Below are positions 34,730 through 44,672 of a DNA stretch of 64,000 nt, piece by piece (the first letter of the stretch is position 1; each line of letters starts with the position of its first letter). The notes beneath the pieces were generated by a model, which was not told where the DNA came from, made no database searches, and saw nothing but the letters and a program-made list of their open reading frames with translations. The DNA comes from Gemmatimonadota bacterium (GTDB lineage: Bacteria; Gemmatimonadota; Gemmatimonadetes; Gemmatimonadales; GWC2-71-9), in contig JBDHFY010000002.1 in the NCBI GenBank assembly GCA_039590195.1, forward strand, positions 4,660 through 68,659, in the 5' to 3' direction. The position numbers and the translations under genes are program-made.

Positions 34730-35906
34730 TTCGTTGGTCTTTATCACGCTCGCGTGCGAGGAGTCGATCACGGCACCCGGCGCGTGTCCGGAGTATTGCG
34801 CCCCCGGCGTCATCGGAGTGCTCGACACCGTCTTGATGGGCAGCGTCGAGCGAGACAGCGCCTTTCAGGGGTACGTCCAGGCGTTTGAGGCGCCGGGGAT
34901 GCAGGTGTCGGGCGCCGGCGCCTCTGTCGAGAGCCGCGCCGTGATCCGCTTTCGTCCATTCTCCGACACGGTCGTGAGCGAAACCGGCACCGGCCTGCCG
35001 GTTGTGCAGATCGATTCGTTTGGTCTTGCTCTCAACTTGATCGACCGGACGGCCGACGTATCGGGAATCGAGATCGTCATTCATCGAATCCCCGCGACTG
35101 TCGATTCCTCGACCACCTTCGCCGATCTCGACCCCTACTTCGCCGACAGTACGATCATCGCGTTGATTGCCGTGCACGACACTGCCGTGAGGGACAGCTT
35201 GCGCGGCACGCTCCCCAGTGACGCCTTTCCCGCGGCCGCGGGAGACAGTCTGCGGGCGGCGATCGGCATCTCGGTGCGGGCGGACGCTCCAGCGTTTGTG
35301 TCCCTCGCGGCGGACGAGTTCGGTCTGGGTGCGGCTCTCACCCGCTTTGTCCAGGCCGACTCCGCGGATGGCGAGCTGGCTGCTCGGAGCGATGTGATGG
35401 GACCTGATTTCGATTCGTTCGTGCGGCCGCTGGAGGCGCCGCTCGTGGAGGGAACGCTGGCTGTAGGCGGGCTGCCCTCCACCAGATCCCTGCTCAGGTT
35501 CACCCTGCCGTCTGCCATCATCGACTCTTCGACCGTGGTTGGCGCAACCCTCTTTCTCGTGCCTGTTGAACCAGCGATAGGGGCGCCCGGTGCCTCCTTA
35601 CAGGTGGTTCCCGCTGCGCTGGGGGCCGACTTCGGGCCAAAATCTCCGGTCATCTTGGAGGCTCCCGATAGCCTGATCGCTCCGGGGACCACCGTGGACG
35701 TCGGAGCGGCGGATACAATCGCCGTTGATCTCACGGATATCGTCGCACAATGGCAGGACAACGAGTCGCTGCCCCATTCGATCATGCTGCGTATTGGGCC
35801 TGAGGGCTCGACTCTGGGCGAGGTTCGGTTCGGGTCGAGTCTCCACGACACTGCCAGGCCGTCCCTGCACATCACGTTCGTTCCACCGCTGGATCTGAAG
35901 CCGTAA
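34704..35906 (+). CDS. Hypothetical lipoprotein (the C-terminal part resembles DNRLRE-type carbohydrate-binding domains)
   Basis: The signal peptide plus lipobox is MAKPFALLSSLVFITLAC. The segment ..VDLTDIVAQWQDNESLPHSIMLR.. resembles DNRLRE-domain proteins. It overlaps the eutN end by 26 nt. Confidence 0.45.
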   Translation: MAKPFALLSSLVFITLACEESITAPGACPEYCAPGVIGVLDTVLMGSVERDSAFQGYVQAFEAPGMQVSGAGASVESRAVIRFRPFSDTVVSETGTGLPVVQIDSFGLALNLIDRTADVSGIEIVIHRIPATVDSSTTFADLDPYFADSTIIALIAVHDTAVRDSLRGTLPSDAFPAAAGDSLRAAIGISVRADAPAFVSLAADEFGLGAALTRFVQADSADGELAARSDVMGPDFDSFVRPLEAPLVEGTLAVGGLPSTRSLLRFTLPSAIIDSSTVVGATLFLVPVEPAIGAPGASLQVVPAALGADFGPKSPVILEAPDSLIAPGTTVDVGAADTIAVDLTDIVAQWQDNESLPHSIMLRIGPEGSTLGEVRFGSSLHDTARPSLHITFVPPLDLKP

Positions 35907-35908
35907 TC

Positions 35909-37042
35909 ATGAGAAGAGTGGCGGCGTTTTTGGCGCTTACCGTGCTGGCCCCCGGTGCCCTCGAGGGGCAAAACTCCGTGTACGGGAGTCGTGGAGTGGG
36001 GTTTCCCGGTCGTTCTGTGAGCCTTCGGGCTCGATCGATGGGCGGTGGATGGGCGCTGTTCGACCACGGCTCGGCCGTCAATCCGGCCACGGCCGCCAAC
36101 TACATCGCGTTGGCGGCAAGCGGGCACTCGGGCACCACGCTTCGGAAATACACGGCGAACGCCACAGACGTCTCGGGCCTGCGGGAAACACGGTTCCCGT
36201 TCGCCGTCCTGGGTGGGGGGATGGGGCGGCTGCCGTTCTCCTTTGCCATCAGCTACGCCACGTACGCCGAGCAGACCTTCGACTTCACGACCACGGGCAC
36301 CGAAGAGGTCGCCGGCGTTCCGGTGAGTGTGAGCGATCGTATCTCCTCCAACGGGGGGGTCATCGATATCCGGGGTGCGGTGGGGTGGCGGGGGTCGGGT
36401 CGGCGACTGATGTTGGGTGGGGCGTTCCACATGATCGGTGGCTCGTCCAAAATCGAAGCATCGCGGGAATTTCCCAACGAGGAGTTCCGGCGGTACCGGG
36501 AATCCGGTGACATTGTGTTCTCCGCGGTGGGCGTGTCAACCGGCCTCCTGTGGCAGTTCCGGCGCAGCGCATTCGTCGCCGCGGCCGTTCGATACGACGG
36601 CTCCATGTCGCGCAAGTTCGAGGGTCGCCCGCAGGGAAACGTGGATCTTCCCGTGTCGGTGAGCGGCGGCCTGTACTTGCCGCTCTTCAGGGAGACGAGG
36701 TGGTCTACCACTGCCACGTGGCGGTCCTGGGGCAAGGCCGACGACGATCTCGATCCAGACCTTGGAGGATCCGCGTTCGACACCTGGGAGGTGGGGTCGG
36801 GCATGGAGATCGGTTCGCCGGCCGCGAGCTTCCCCTTACGGTTTGGCGTACGATACGCCACGCTCCCGTTCAGTCCCATGACCGATCAACCCCACGAGTG
36901 GAGCGTGGCCGTCGGCAGCGGCGTCGCATTGGCCAATGGACGAGCCCTTCTCGACTTCACCCTCGAGCGGCTCATGCGCGACGGCGCGGGGGCAACGGAG
37001 CGGGGCTGGTTCATCGGTGTGGGTCTGACTGTCGAACCCTAG
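35909..37042 (+). CDS. Putative outer-membrane beta-barrel protein (PorV/FadL-like N-terminal motif)
   Basis: It has a signal peptide (MRRVAAFLALTVLAPGALEGQ), a motif ARSMGGGWALFDHGSAVNPA resembling the GxRxxGMGGA...NPA motif of PorV/FadL-type barrels, and alternating beta-strand-like composition to the C-terminus. Confidence 0.45.
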   Translation: MRRVAAFLALTVLAPGALEGQNSVYGSRGVGFPGRSVSLRARSMGGGWALFDHGSAVNPATAANYIALAASGHSGTTLRKYTANATDVSGLRETRFPFAVLGGGMGRLPFSFAISYATYAEQTFDFTTTGTEEVAGVPVSVSDRISSNGGVIDIRGAVGWRGSGRRLMLGGAFHMIGGSSKIEASREFPNEEFRRYRESGDIVFSAVGVSTGLLWQFRRSAFVAAAVRYDGSMSRKFEGRPQGNVDLPVSVSGGLYLPLFRETRWSTTATWRSWGKADDDLDPDLGGSAFDTWEVGSGMEIGSPAASFPLRFGVRYATLPFSPMTDQPHEWSVAVGSGVALANGRALLDFTLERLMRDGAGATERGWFIGVGLTVEP

Positions 37043-38283
37043 TGCGCGTCTACTTCCACACTTTCGGCTGCAAGGCCAACCAATACGACACAGAGGTCGT
37101 CCGCCAGGCGCTGGAGACGGCTGGCGCCGTGGCCGTCGACCGTCCGGAAGACGCCGACGCGGCAGTCGTCAACTCCTGTACGGTTACCCACGTGGGTGAG
37201 GCCAAGATGCGGTCGCTCGTGCGGCGCCTCGCCCGCCGGCAACCGCATATTCAAACCGTGGTGATGGGGTGCGCGGCCGCCTTGGATGGCGGAATCATTG
37301 CGTCCCTGCCGCAAGTGCGCGCGGTCGTCGGAGGCGCTGACCCCCTGGCCGTCGCGAGCGCATTGGGCGTGCAGCCAACCGACATCGATCCCGTGCTGCG
37401 AAGCTTCGCCGGCGGCACCCGGGCCTGGCTCAAGATCCAAGACGGCTGCGATGAACATTGCACCTTCTGCGCAACGACGACGGCCAGGGGCGCGAATCGT
37501 TCCCGTTCGATGGAAGAGATCTTGATGGAGGCGCGAGCGCTCGCCCGCCACCATCACGAGATCGTGCTTACCGGGGTGCACATCGGGACCTACGGTAGGG
37601 ACCTGGACGGAAACGTCACGCTAGGACACCTCGTCGACAGACTCGTCACCGAAGTCGACGGACCGCGGTACCGGCTCTCCTCCGTCGAGGCCACAGAGGT
37701 GTGCGACCGGCTTCGAGAGTTGATGGTCGCGGCGCCAGACCGGCTCGTTCCCCACCTCCACGCCCCACTGCAATCCGGCAGCGATGTCATCCTCAAGCGG
37801 ATGGGTCGACACTGGTACACGGCGGCGACGTACCGAGAGCGCTGCGAGTCATTGGCGGCCAGCCTGCCCTTGCTTGGGCTAGGGGCGGACGTGATGGTGG
37901 GATTCCCCGGCGAGACGGATGCCGACTTTGCCGCCACGCAGTCGCTGGTGGAAGTGCTACCCTTCACGTATCTGCACGTGTTTCCCTACTCGCCACGCCC
38001 GAGCGCTGCCGCAAGGAGAATCGGTCCGGCGGTGCCGCCGGGTATTGCCCAAGCTCGCTCGGAGCAGTTGCGGGCACTCGCCGACGAGAAGCAGGCAGTC
38101 CACCGCCAGCGCCGCGCCGGTGCGCGGGCGGATGTAGTCGTGCTCGGCCGCCACGGCGGGCGCTACCAGGGGCTGACGGAGGACTATCTGGACGTCTATC
38201 TTCCGTGCCTGAAGGTCGCCCCCCCCAGGTTTAGTGGGATGCTTGGGCTCTCCAACGGAACCCTCGTGGCGGAGCTTTCGTAG
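37042..38283 (+). CDS. mtaB: MiaB-like radical-SAM methylthiotransferase (MtaB type)
   Basis: GTG 37042 abuts the upstream stop (TAGTG). The N-terminal UPF0004 region is VYFHTFGCKANQYD, and the radical SAM motif is GCDEHCTFC. The 36550 start in the track is an over-extension. Confidence 0.75.
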   Translation: MRVYFHTFGCKANQYDTEVVRQALETAGAVAVDRPEDADAAVVNSCTVTHVGEAKMRSLVRRLARRQPHIQTVVMGCAAALDGGIIASLPQVRAVVGGADPLAVASALGVQPTDIDPVLRSFAGGTRAWLKIQDGCDEHCTFCATTTARGANRSRSMEEILMEARALARHHHEIVLTGVHIGTYGRDLDGNVTLGHLVDRLVTEVDGPRYRLSSVEATEVCDRLRELMVAAPDRLVPHLHAPLQSGSDVILKRMGRHWYTAATYRERCESLAASLPLLGLGADVMVGFPGETDADFAATQSLVEVLPFTYLHVFPYSPRPSAAARRIGPAVPPGIAQARSEQLRALADEKQAVHRQRRAGARADVVVLGRHGGRYQGLTEDYLDVYLPCLKVAPPRFSGMLGLSNGTLVAELS

Positions 38284-38288
38284 CGCAC

Positions 38289-39608
38289 ATGAAGCGGGTT
38301 TACGTCGAAACCTACGGCTGTCAGATGAATGTGGCCGACACGGATCTCGTCCTCGGGTTGCTCACTCGGGAGGGGTACGAAGTGACGATGAATCCCGAGG
38401 ACGCCAACCTGATTCTGGTAAACACCTGCGCCGTGCGGGAAAAGGCCGAGCAACGGGTGTACGGTCGCGTCGGCGACCTCAAGCGTTTCAAGCGGGCGGG
38501 CGATGTCCTGGGTGTCCTGGGTTGCATGGGGCAGCGGCTCGGATCGGGGCTCCTCGATGAAGTGCCCCATGTGGACCTCGTGGTCGGTCCCGATGCGTAC
38601 CGGGCACTGCCCGAACTCATCGCACGCGCGCGGGATGGAGATCGTGCCGCCGACGTCGCCTTCAAACCCTGGGAGCACTACGAGGACGTGCCACCCGTCG
38701 AGTCCGATCGAGTGAGCGCCTTCGTCACGGTACAGCGGGGCTGCGATTATCGGTGCACGTTCTGCGTTGTTCCGATGACGAGGGGACCGGAACGAAGTCG
38801 TAAATTGGCCGATGTCGTTCGTGAAGTTGAGCGCCTGGCCGCGGGCGGCGTCACCGAGGTGACGCTACTCGGCCAAACGGTCAATAGCTACCACGATGGA
38901 AGGCACGATTTTGCGGATCTGCTCATGGCGGTGGGCGCGGTCGGCGGCGTTCGGCGCGTGCGGTTCACGAGTCCGCACCCCAACGATTTCAGCGATAAGG
39001 TCATCGAAGCGATGGCCACCGTGCCCGAGGTGTGCGAGCACGTACACCTGCCGGTGCAGAGCGGTTCGACTCGAGTGCTCAAGCGCATGCTCCGCCGCTA
39101 CAACCGCGAGGGTTTTCTGGAGTGCGTGGCCCGCCTGCGCTCAGCCGTGGCAGACCTCGCCATTACCACCGACATCATCGTCGGATTTCCAGGGGAGACG
39201 GAAGAGGATTTTCTGGCCACTGAGAGCCTCGTCCGTGAGGTGGGGTTCGACGACGCCTTTACTTTCAAGTATTCGATTCGCGAGGGCACTCCGGCGGTCA
39301 AGATCCCAAACCAAGTGCCCGAAGCCGTGGCCGGCGACCGACTCGAGCGGCTCATCGACACCGTTAGGACCGTCGCGCGGCGAAGAAACATGGCACTCGT
39401 GGGGACGACCCACGAAGTCCTCGTGGAGAAGGTGGCCCGGCGCGGCGGGGTGTTGCAGAGCCGGACCCGCACCAATCGCGTGGTGCTCGTGGATGGGCCG
39501 GAAGCCTGGATCGGCAGCTATCGCCGCGTCCGGCTCAGCGGCACCAGCGGTTCGACATTCACCGGCACACCTGGTGTGCCGCAACGTCAATTGGCGCTCT
39601 TGGGATGA
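38289..39608 (+). CDS. miaB: tRNA-2-methylthio-N6-dimethylallyladenosine synthase MiaB
   Basis: VYVETYGCQMNVADTD, the radical SAM motif GCDYRCTFCVVP, and a C-terminal TRAM-like domain are present. Confidence 0.9.
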   Translation: MKRVYVETYGCQMNVADTDLVLGLLTREGYEVTMNPEDANLILVNTCAVREKAEQRVYGRVGDLKRFKRAGDVLGVLGCMGQRLGSGLLDEVPHVDLVVGPDAYRALPELIARARDGDRAADVAFKPWEHYEDVPPVESDRVSAFVTVQRGCDYRCTFCVVPMTRGPERSRKLADVVREVERLAAGGVTEVTLLGQTVNSYHDGRHDFADLLMAVGAVGGVRRVRFTSPHPNDFSDKVIEAMATVPEVCEHVHLPVQSGSTRVLKRMLRRYNREGFLECVARLRSAVADLAITTDIIVGFPGETEEDFLATESLVREVGFDDAFTFKYSIREGTPAVKIPNQVPEAVAGDRLERLIDTVRTVARRRNMALVGTTHEVLVEKVARRGGVLQSRTRTNRVVLVDGPEAWIGSYRRVRLSGTSGSTFTGTPGVPQRQLALLG

Positions 39609-39883
39609 GAAACATTACCGAAGAAGTCGTCGCTCGAGAATTCGAGCGGATCCAGACCACCGTCGAGAGCTTCTGCGGTTGCGAGCAGTGTCGCGACGAC
39701 GTGATGGTCTACGCCCTCAACCGGCTCAAGCCCCATTACGTGACGAGCCGCGAGGGCCAAGTCATCACGAATATCGAACTGGAGAGCGAGCAGGAGCGAT
39801 CCGAAGTGTCGGTGGTGTTGATGGCTGGCTTCCGCCGCGTGCAGGGCAATCCGAGACACGGCCGGCCGAGAGCCTCGACGTAG
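39605..39883 (+). CDS. comFB: ComFB-family (late competence development) protein
   Basis: ATGA overlap with miaB. The motif CGCEQCRDDVMVYALNRLKPHYV is typical of ComFB (PF10719). Confidence 0.65.
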   Translation: MRNITEEVVAREFERIQTTVESFCGCEQCRDDVMVYALNRLKPHYVTSREGQVITNIELESEQERSEVSVVLMAGFRRVQGNPRHGRPRAST

Positions 39884-39904
39884 GGTTCATAGGGTAGGCG
39901 GCGT

Positions 39905-42217
39905 GTGCGGCCGCCTGTCGTGTATTTCGCGGTCATGTACGGGGCCGGCTTATGGGCCGGCCTCGCTCTTCTTCCTCCATCGACGTCTTCCGTTCTCGCA
40001 CCCGCCATTGCGGCCACCACGATACTGCTGGCAAGATGGATGGGTTGGAGGGCTGTACTCGTGGCCGCGGCGGCGGTCGGGGCGACCGTGGGTTCCGGCG
40101 CCGCCACGCGGCGCGCGCGCTGGTGTGCGGCGCGTTGGCCCAGCGGGGACCGAGCGGTTGTTCTCCGCCTCCACGACGCTCCGGGTTCGAGAGGTCTCAC
40201 GAGTGCCACGGTTCTTCACGCGCCCGAGGGGTGCGGTGGGGTGCTTCGCGTTAGGCTCGACTCGGGCGCCGCCCGAAGCGGGGCGACCGTCGTTGCCGTC
40301 GGCGTTTCCCGAGCGAACGGACTGCTCCGCATCCAGTGGCTCCGGATCCTGCGCCGACAGGCTCCGCTGCGCTACCGTCTTCGCGACCTCATCCGGCGAC
40401 GCATCGAGCGCCTCTACGGCGTTCGCGCCCCCCTCGTGGAAGCCGTGGTGCTGGGGATCCGGGGCGATCTGGATCCTGATCTGAGAGACCAATTCGCGGC
40501 AGGTGGGCTCGCCCACCTGCTGGCGATCTCCGGGCTGCATGTGGGGATCGTGGCGGGATGGCTGTTGCTGGTGCTCCGGTTGGTCGGACTGCGTCGCCAG
40601 GCGTGGCTCGTGAGCGCGGCTGGGACCTGGGCGTATGTGGTTCTCTTGGGATTTCCCCCACCCGCAACCAGGGCCGCGGCGTTCGTGGCCATCAATGCAG
40701 TCGGGTGGATTCGGGCACGACGCCCGCCTCCAGAGGCCGTGCTCGCGGTTGCTCTGTTGGTGGTCCTCACCATCGATCCCGAAGCCAGCGGACAGTGGGG
40801 AACCTGGCTCTCCGCTGCTGCCGTCTGGGGCGTTGCCACCGCCGGTCGGATCATCCCGGTCCGTGGACGATTGGCCCCGGCCGGAAGACTCCTCGTCGCC
40901 TCCGTTGGCGCTACCGTCGCTACGGCACCGTTGACGGCCTTGGCCTTCGGGAGCGTAGCGCCGGTGGGTGTGCTGGCCAACCTCGCTGCTGTGCCGTTGG
41001 CCGCCGTGGCGGTACCGGGAATCTTCGCGAGTCTGGGAGTCGGAGGCATCTTGGCTGCGGGAGCTGGTTTGGCACTGGCGGGCCTCGAGACGGTCTCCCG
41101 GCTGGCGGCGGGCTTTCCCGGAGGTCACCTGGAGGGACCGCCGGGTGTCCGGTTTGCGTTTCCGTGGGGCTTGGCACTGGCGGCAGCCACTTGGGCGAGT
41201 TGGCGGCGCCCCACGTGGCTCGTGGCGCGGAGGCGGTTACTGGCCTCCGCGGCGACCGTGGTCTGGGCGTGCCTCGTCGTACCGTCCATGGGACTCCCCA
41301 ATGACGCTGGCGACCTGCGAATCCACGTCTTGAGCGTCGGTCAGGGGGACGCGATCGCGATTGGGACGCCCAGGGGCCGCTGGATCTTGATCGACGGCGG
41401 CCCTCGTTTTGGCAACCGCGACGCTGGCGAGCAGGTGGTCGTCCCCTTCTTCCGACGGCGTCAGGCGGATAAGCTGGATCTCGTCATCGTCTCGCACGGC
41501 GACGCGGACCACCTCGGGGGGGTGCCTGCGGTCATCGATGCTCTTCGGCCTGGCCTAGTGCTGGAGCCGGGCCAGGCATTGGGCTCCGCCCTCTACCTCG
41601 AGTTCCTGGGCTCCGTCGATGCCTCCGGTGCGAGGTGGAGACCGGCCAGAGCCGGTGACACGATTGTTGTCGATTCCGTGACCCTGGCGATTCTGCACCC
41701 CGCCAGTCAGTGGCTGAACGGTCGCCTGGACCCGAATGAGAACTCGCTGGTGGTGCACCTGCGCTACGGAGCCTTCGACGCCCTGTTCACCGGAGACATC
41801 GGATGGCCGGCGGAGTCGGCTCTCGTCGGCCTCGTTGCCGGTGTGGAGCTTCTCAAGGTGGGTCATCACGGCTCTGCCGGGAGCAGTACCGGGCCCTGGC
41901 TCGACGCCCTGCGACCGCGGGTGGGAGTGATTAGCGTTGGGGAGAACAACCGCTACGGCCATCCGGCGCGAGAGGCCCTCCGGCGCCTTGGAGAACGCGA
42001 GATCGAGATCTACCGCACCGATGAAGGCGGGACGGTGACGATTCGCTCGAACGGTCATTATTTTCAGGTTATGCAGAACGAAACACTCAGATTCCTGGAG
42101 CGGATCCAGTGCTTACTTCGGAAGTCGTTACCATCGAACGGTTTATCATGGAAGAGGAGCGCCTGCACCCGCATGCGACAGGCGAGCTCTCGAACGTTCT
42201 CTACGATATCGCCCTAG
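39905..42217 (+). CDS. comEC: DNA internalization competence protein ComEC/Rec2 (competence domain plus metallo-beta-lactamase domain)
   Basis: The polytopic core carries ..[14 protein letters not shown].., and the C-terminal MBL domain carries [16 protein letters not shown] and VGHHGS. The 3' end runs about 110 nt into fbp. Confidence 0.8.
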   Translation: MRPPVVYFAVMYGAGLWAGLALLPPSTSSVLAPAIAATTILLARWMGWRAVLVAAAAVGATVGSGAATRRARWCAARWPSGDRAVVLRLHDAPGSRGLTSATVLHAPEGCGGVLRVRLDSGAARSGATVVAVGVSRANGLLRIQWLRILRRQAPLRYRLRDLIRRRIERLYGVRAPLVEAVVLGIRGDLDPDLRDQFAAGGLAHLLAISGLHVGIVAGWLLLVLRLVGLRRQAWLVSAAGTWAYVVLLGFPPPATRAAAFVAINAVGWIRARRPPPEAVLAVALLVVLTIDPEASGQWGTWLSAAAVWGVATAGRIIPVRGRLAPAGRLLVASVGATVATAPLTALAFGSVAPVGVLANLAAVPLAAVAVPGIFASLGVGGILAAGAGLALAGLETVSRLAAGFPGGHLEGPPGVRFAFPWGLALAAATWASWRRPTWLVARRRLLASAATVVWACLVVPSMGLPNDAGDLRIHVLSVGQGDAIAIGTPRGRWILIDGGPRFGNRDAGEQVVVPFFRRRQADKLDLVIVSHGDADHLGGVPAVIDALRPGLVLEPGQALGSALYLEFLGSVDASGARWRPARAGDTIVVDSVTLAILHPASQWLNGRLDPNENSLVVHLRYGAFDALFTGDIGWPAESALVGLVAGVELLKVGHHGSAGSSTGPWLDALRPRVGVISVGENNRYGHPAREALRRLGEREIEIYRTDEGGTVTIRSNGHYFQVMQNETLRFLERIQCLLRKSLPSNGLSWKRSACTRMRQASSRTFSTISP

Positions 42218-43054
42218 CGGCGAAGATCATCTCCCAATACGTGCGGCGCGCCGGGCTGGCCGACGTGCTGGGTACGGCCGGTGCCGTCAACATTCAGGGC
42301 GAAGAGCAGCAAAAGCTCGACGTGCTGGCCAACGATTCCCATCTCGGAGGAACACCACCCCGGCAAATACGTGCTGATGTTCGATCCGGTGGACGGCTCC
42401 TCGAACATCGATGTCAATGTGTCCATCGGCACGATCTTCTCGATTTACCTGCGAAAGTCGAAGCGAGGGCCGGGTGACCTGATTGACTGTCTGCGGCCCG
42501 GTCGGCAGCAGGTTGCGGCCGGCTATGTGATTTACGGATCCAGCACCGTGCTGGTCTACACCGTAGGGCAGGGGGTACACGGATTCACTCTCGATCCCAC
42601 GATCGGTGAGTTCCTGCTCGTGAACCCCAACCTGAAGACACCGCCTGTCGGGAAGTACTACAGCGTCAACGAGAGCAACTACTCCCGGTGGGACCAGGGG
42701 TATCGGCGGGTCGTCACGATCCTCAAAGGCGTTGAGGATCCGGCAACCCGAAAGAATGCCAGGTACATCGGGTCGCTGGTGGCGGACTTCCACCGGAACC
42801 TCCTCGCGGGCGGAGTCTTCATGTATCCCGCGGACACCAGGTGCCCCGAGGGTAAGCTGCGGCTTCTTTACGAAGCGGCGCCGCTCGGTTTTGTGGCCGA
42901 ACAGGCTGGTGGAAGCGCTTCGGACGGGGCCAACCGGATTCTGGATATTCAGCCCGAGAAGCTGCATCAACGCACGCCGCTGGTCATCGGAAGCCGGGAC
43001 GACGTCGCGTTTGTAGAGCGAACGCTCTCACAGGTGGAGGCCGGCGTCGCGTGA
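42109..43054 (+). pseudogene. fbp: Fructose-1,6-bisphosphatase class 1, disrupted (frameshift plus internal deletion near 42334-42346)
   Basis: The N-terminal part (frame of 42109) reads [21 protein letters not shown]...[16 protein letters not shown]. The C-terminal part (frame of 42281) reads [38 protein letters not shown]...[19 protein letters not shown]. The segment normally between them, including the ASEE metal-binding motif, is missing. Confidence 0.7.
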
Positions 43055-44616
43055 CGGTTGGTAAACACTCCCCCTCAGGGATTCCGGTGGATCGGGTGTA
43101 CCGGCAAGCAAGCGAGGCCCGGGATTCGACTGAGGACCCGGGCGAATTTCCGTTCACCCGCGGGATCCATCCCGACATGTATCGCCGCCGCGTGTGGACG
43201 ATGCGGCAGTACGCCGGCTTCGGAACGGCACAAGAGACGAATCGTCGCTTTCGCCAGTTGCTGGACGCGGGACAGACAGGTCTCTCGGTAGCATTCGATC
43301 TGCCAACGCAGATGGGGCTCGATTCCGATTACCCCCGCGCCGAAGCGGAGGTGGGACGTGCGGGAGTGGCGATCGATACGGTGGAGGATTTCGCGGTGGT
43401 GTTCGACGGGATTCCGCTCGATGAGGTATCTACGTCGATGACCATCAACGCGACCGCGGCGATTCTCTTGGCGATGTACGTAGTTGTCGCCGAAGAGCGT
43501 GGCATCCCACGTAGCAAGCTCCGGGGGACGGTTCAAAATGACGTGCTCAAGGAGTACGTGGCCCGCGGCACGTACATCTACCCGTTGAAACCTTCGCTCA
43601 GGCTCGTCACTGATATCTTCGCCTTCGTGGTCGACGAAGAGATGCCGTTCAATCCCATCTCCATCAGTGGCTATCACATGAGGGAAGCAGGCGCCACGGC
43701 CGTGCAGGAGATCGCCTTCACCTTCGCCAATGCGATAGAGTATCTCGACCGTGCGGTGGATGGCGGACTGTCGATCGATGCCATTGCACCGCGGATCTCC
43801 TTCTTCTTTGCGGCGCACAACGACCTATTCGAGGAGGTGGCCAAGTTCCGCACCGCTCGCCGCCTGTGGGCGCGGCTTGTCCGAGAGCGCTACGGCGGCA
43901 ATGACAAGAGCTGTCGGCTGCGTTTTCACACCCAGACAGGCGGTTCCACCCTCACCGCACAGCAGCCCTTGAACAATGTCGTACGCGTGACTGTGCAAGC
44001 GCTCGCCTCCGTGCTTGGTGGCACACAGTCGTTGCATACGAACGGATATGATGAGGCGCTGGCGCTTCCGACGGAGGAAGCCGCACGCTTGGCGCTACGG
44101 ACACAGCAGGTGTTGGCGTGCGAATCGGGCGTCGCGCGAACGGTGGATCCGCTGGGTGGATCGTACTTTGTCGAACACCTCACCGACGAGATCGAGAAGG
44201 CGGCACGGTCCCTCCTCGACCAAGTGGCCGAACGAGGTGGTGCCGCTCGGGCGATCGAGGAGGGTTACTTCCAGGATGCGATCAGCAGAGTCGCCCATCA
44301 GCACCAACTCGCGCTCGAGAGCCAGGAGGCCGTAGTAGTCGGTGTGAACCGTTTCGAGCTGGACGAGAGCCAGCCGAGAATCGCCGCCCCAGACTACTCC
44401 GCGCTCGAGAGACAACAACGCGCTCATGTGCGGGATGTCAGGTCCAAGCGGGACGAGGAACAGTGGCGCTCAGCCCTCGACCGCCTGGAGACGACGGGCC
44501 GCGAATGTGAGTCGCTCATGCCGGCGATCATCGGCGCCGTGCGCGCACGGGCGACGGTTGGGGAGATCAGTGATACCCTGCGCGGTGTTTGGGGGACGTT
44601 TCAGCCCACCGCTTGA
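43051..44616 (+). CDS. Methylmalonyl-CoA mutase family protein, catalytic (large, N-terminal) subunit without a B12-binding domain
   Basis: GTGA overlap with fbp. Motifs include [11 protein letters not shown]...[38 protein letters not shown]. The 521-aa size is typical of split acyl-CoA mutases. Confidence 0.85.
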   Translation: MTVGKHSPSGIPVDRVYRQASEARDSTEDPGEFPFTRGIHPDMYRRRVWTMRQYAGFGTAQETNRRFRQLLDAGQTGLSVAFDLPTQMGLDSDYPRAEAEVGRAGVAIDTVEDFAVVFDGIPLDEVSTSMTINATAAILLAMYVVVAEERGIPRSKLRGTVQNDVLKEYVARGTYIYPLKPSLRLVTDIFAFVVDEEMPFNPISISGYHMREAGATAVQEIAFTFANAIEYLDRAVDGGLSIDAIAPRISFFFAAHNDLFEEVAKFRTARRLWARLVRERYGGNDKSCRLRFHTQTGGSTLTAQQPLNNVVRVTVQALASVLGGTQSLHTNGYDEALALPTEEAARLALRTQQVLACESGVARTVDPLGGSYFVEHLTDEIEKAARSLLDQVAERGGAARAIEEGYFQDAISRVAHQHQLALESQEAVVVGVNRFELDESQPRIAAPDYSALERQQRAHVRDVRSKRDEEQWRSALDRLETTGRECESLMPAIIGAVRARATVGEISDTLRGVWGTFQPTA

Positions 44617-44672
44617 CCCAGTGAGTGGTGGAAGCTAGCATCCTCACGCAGTTTTCAGCCCAGGATTGTCAC

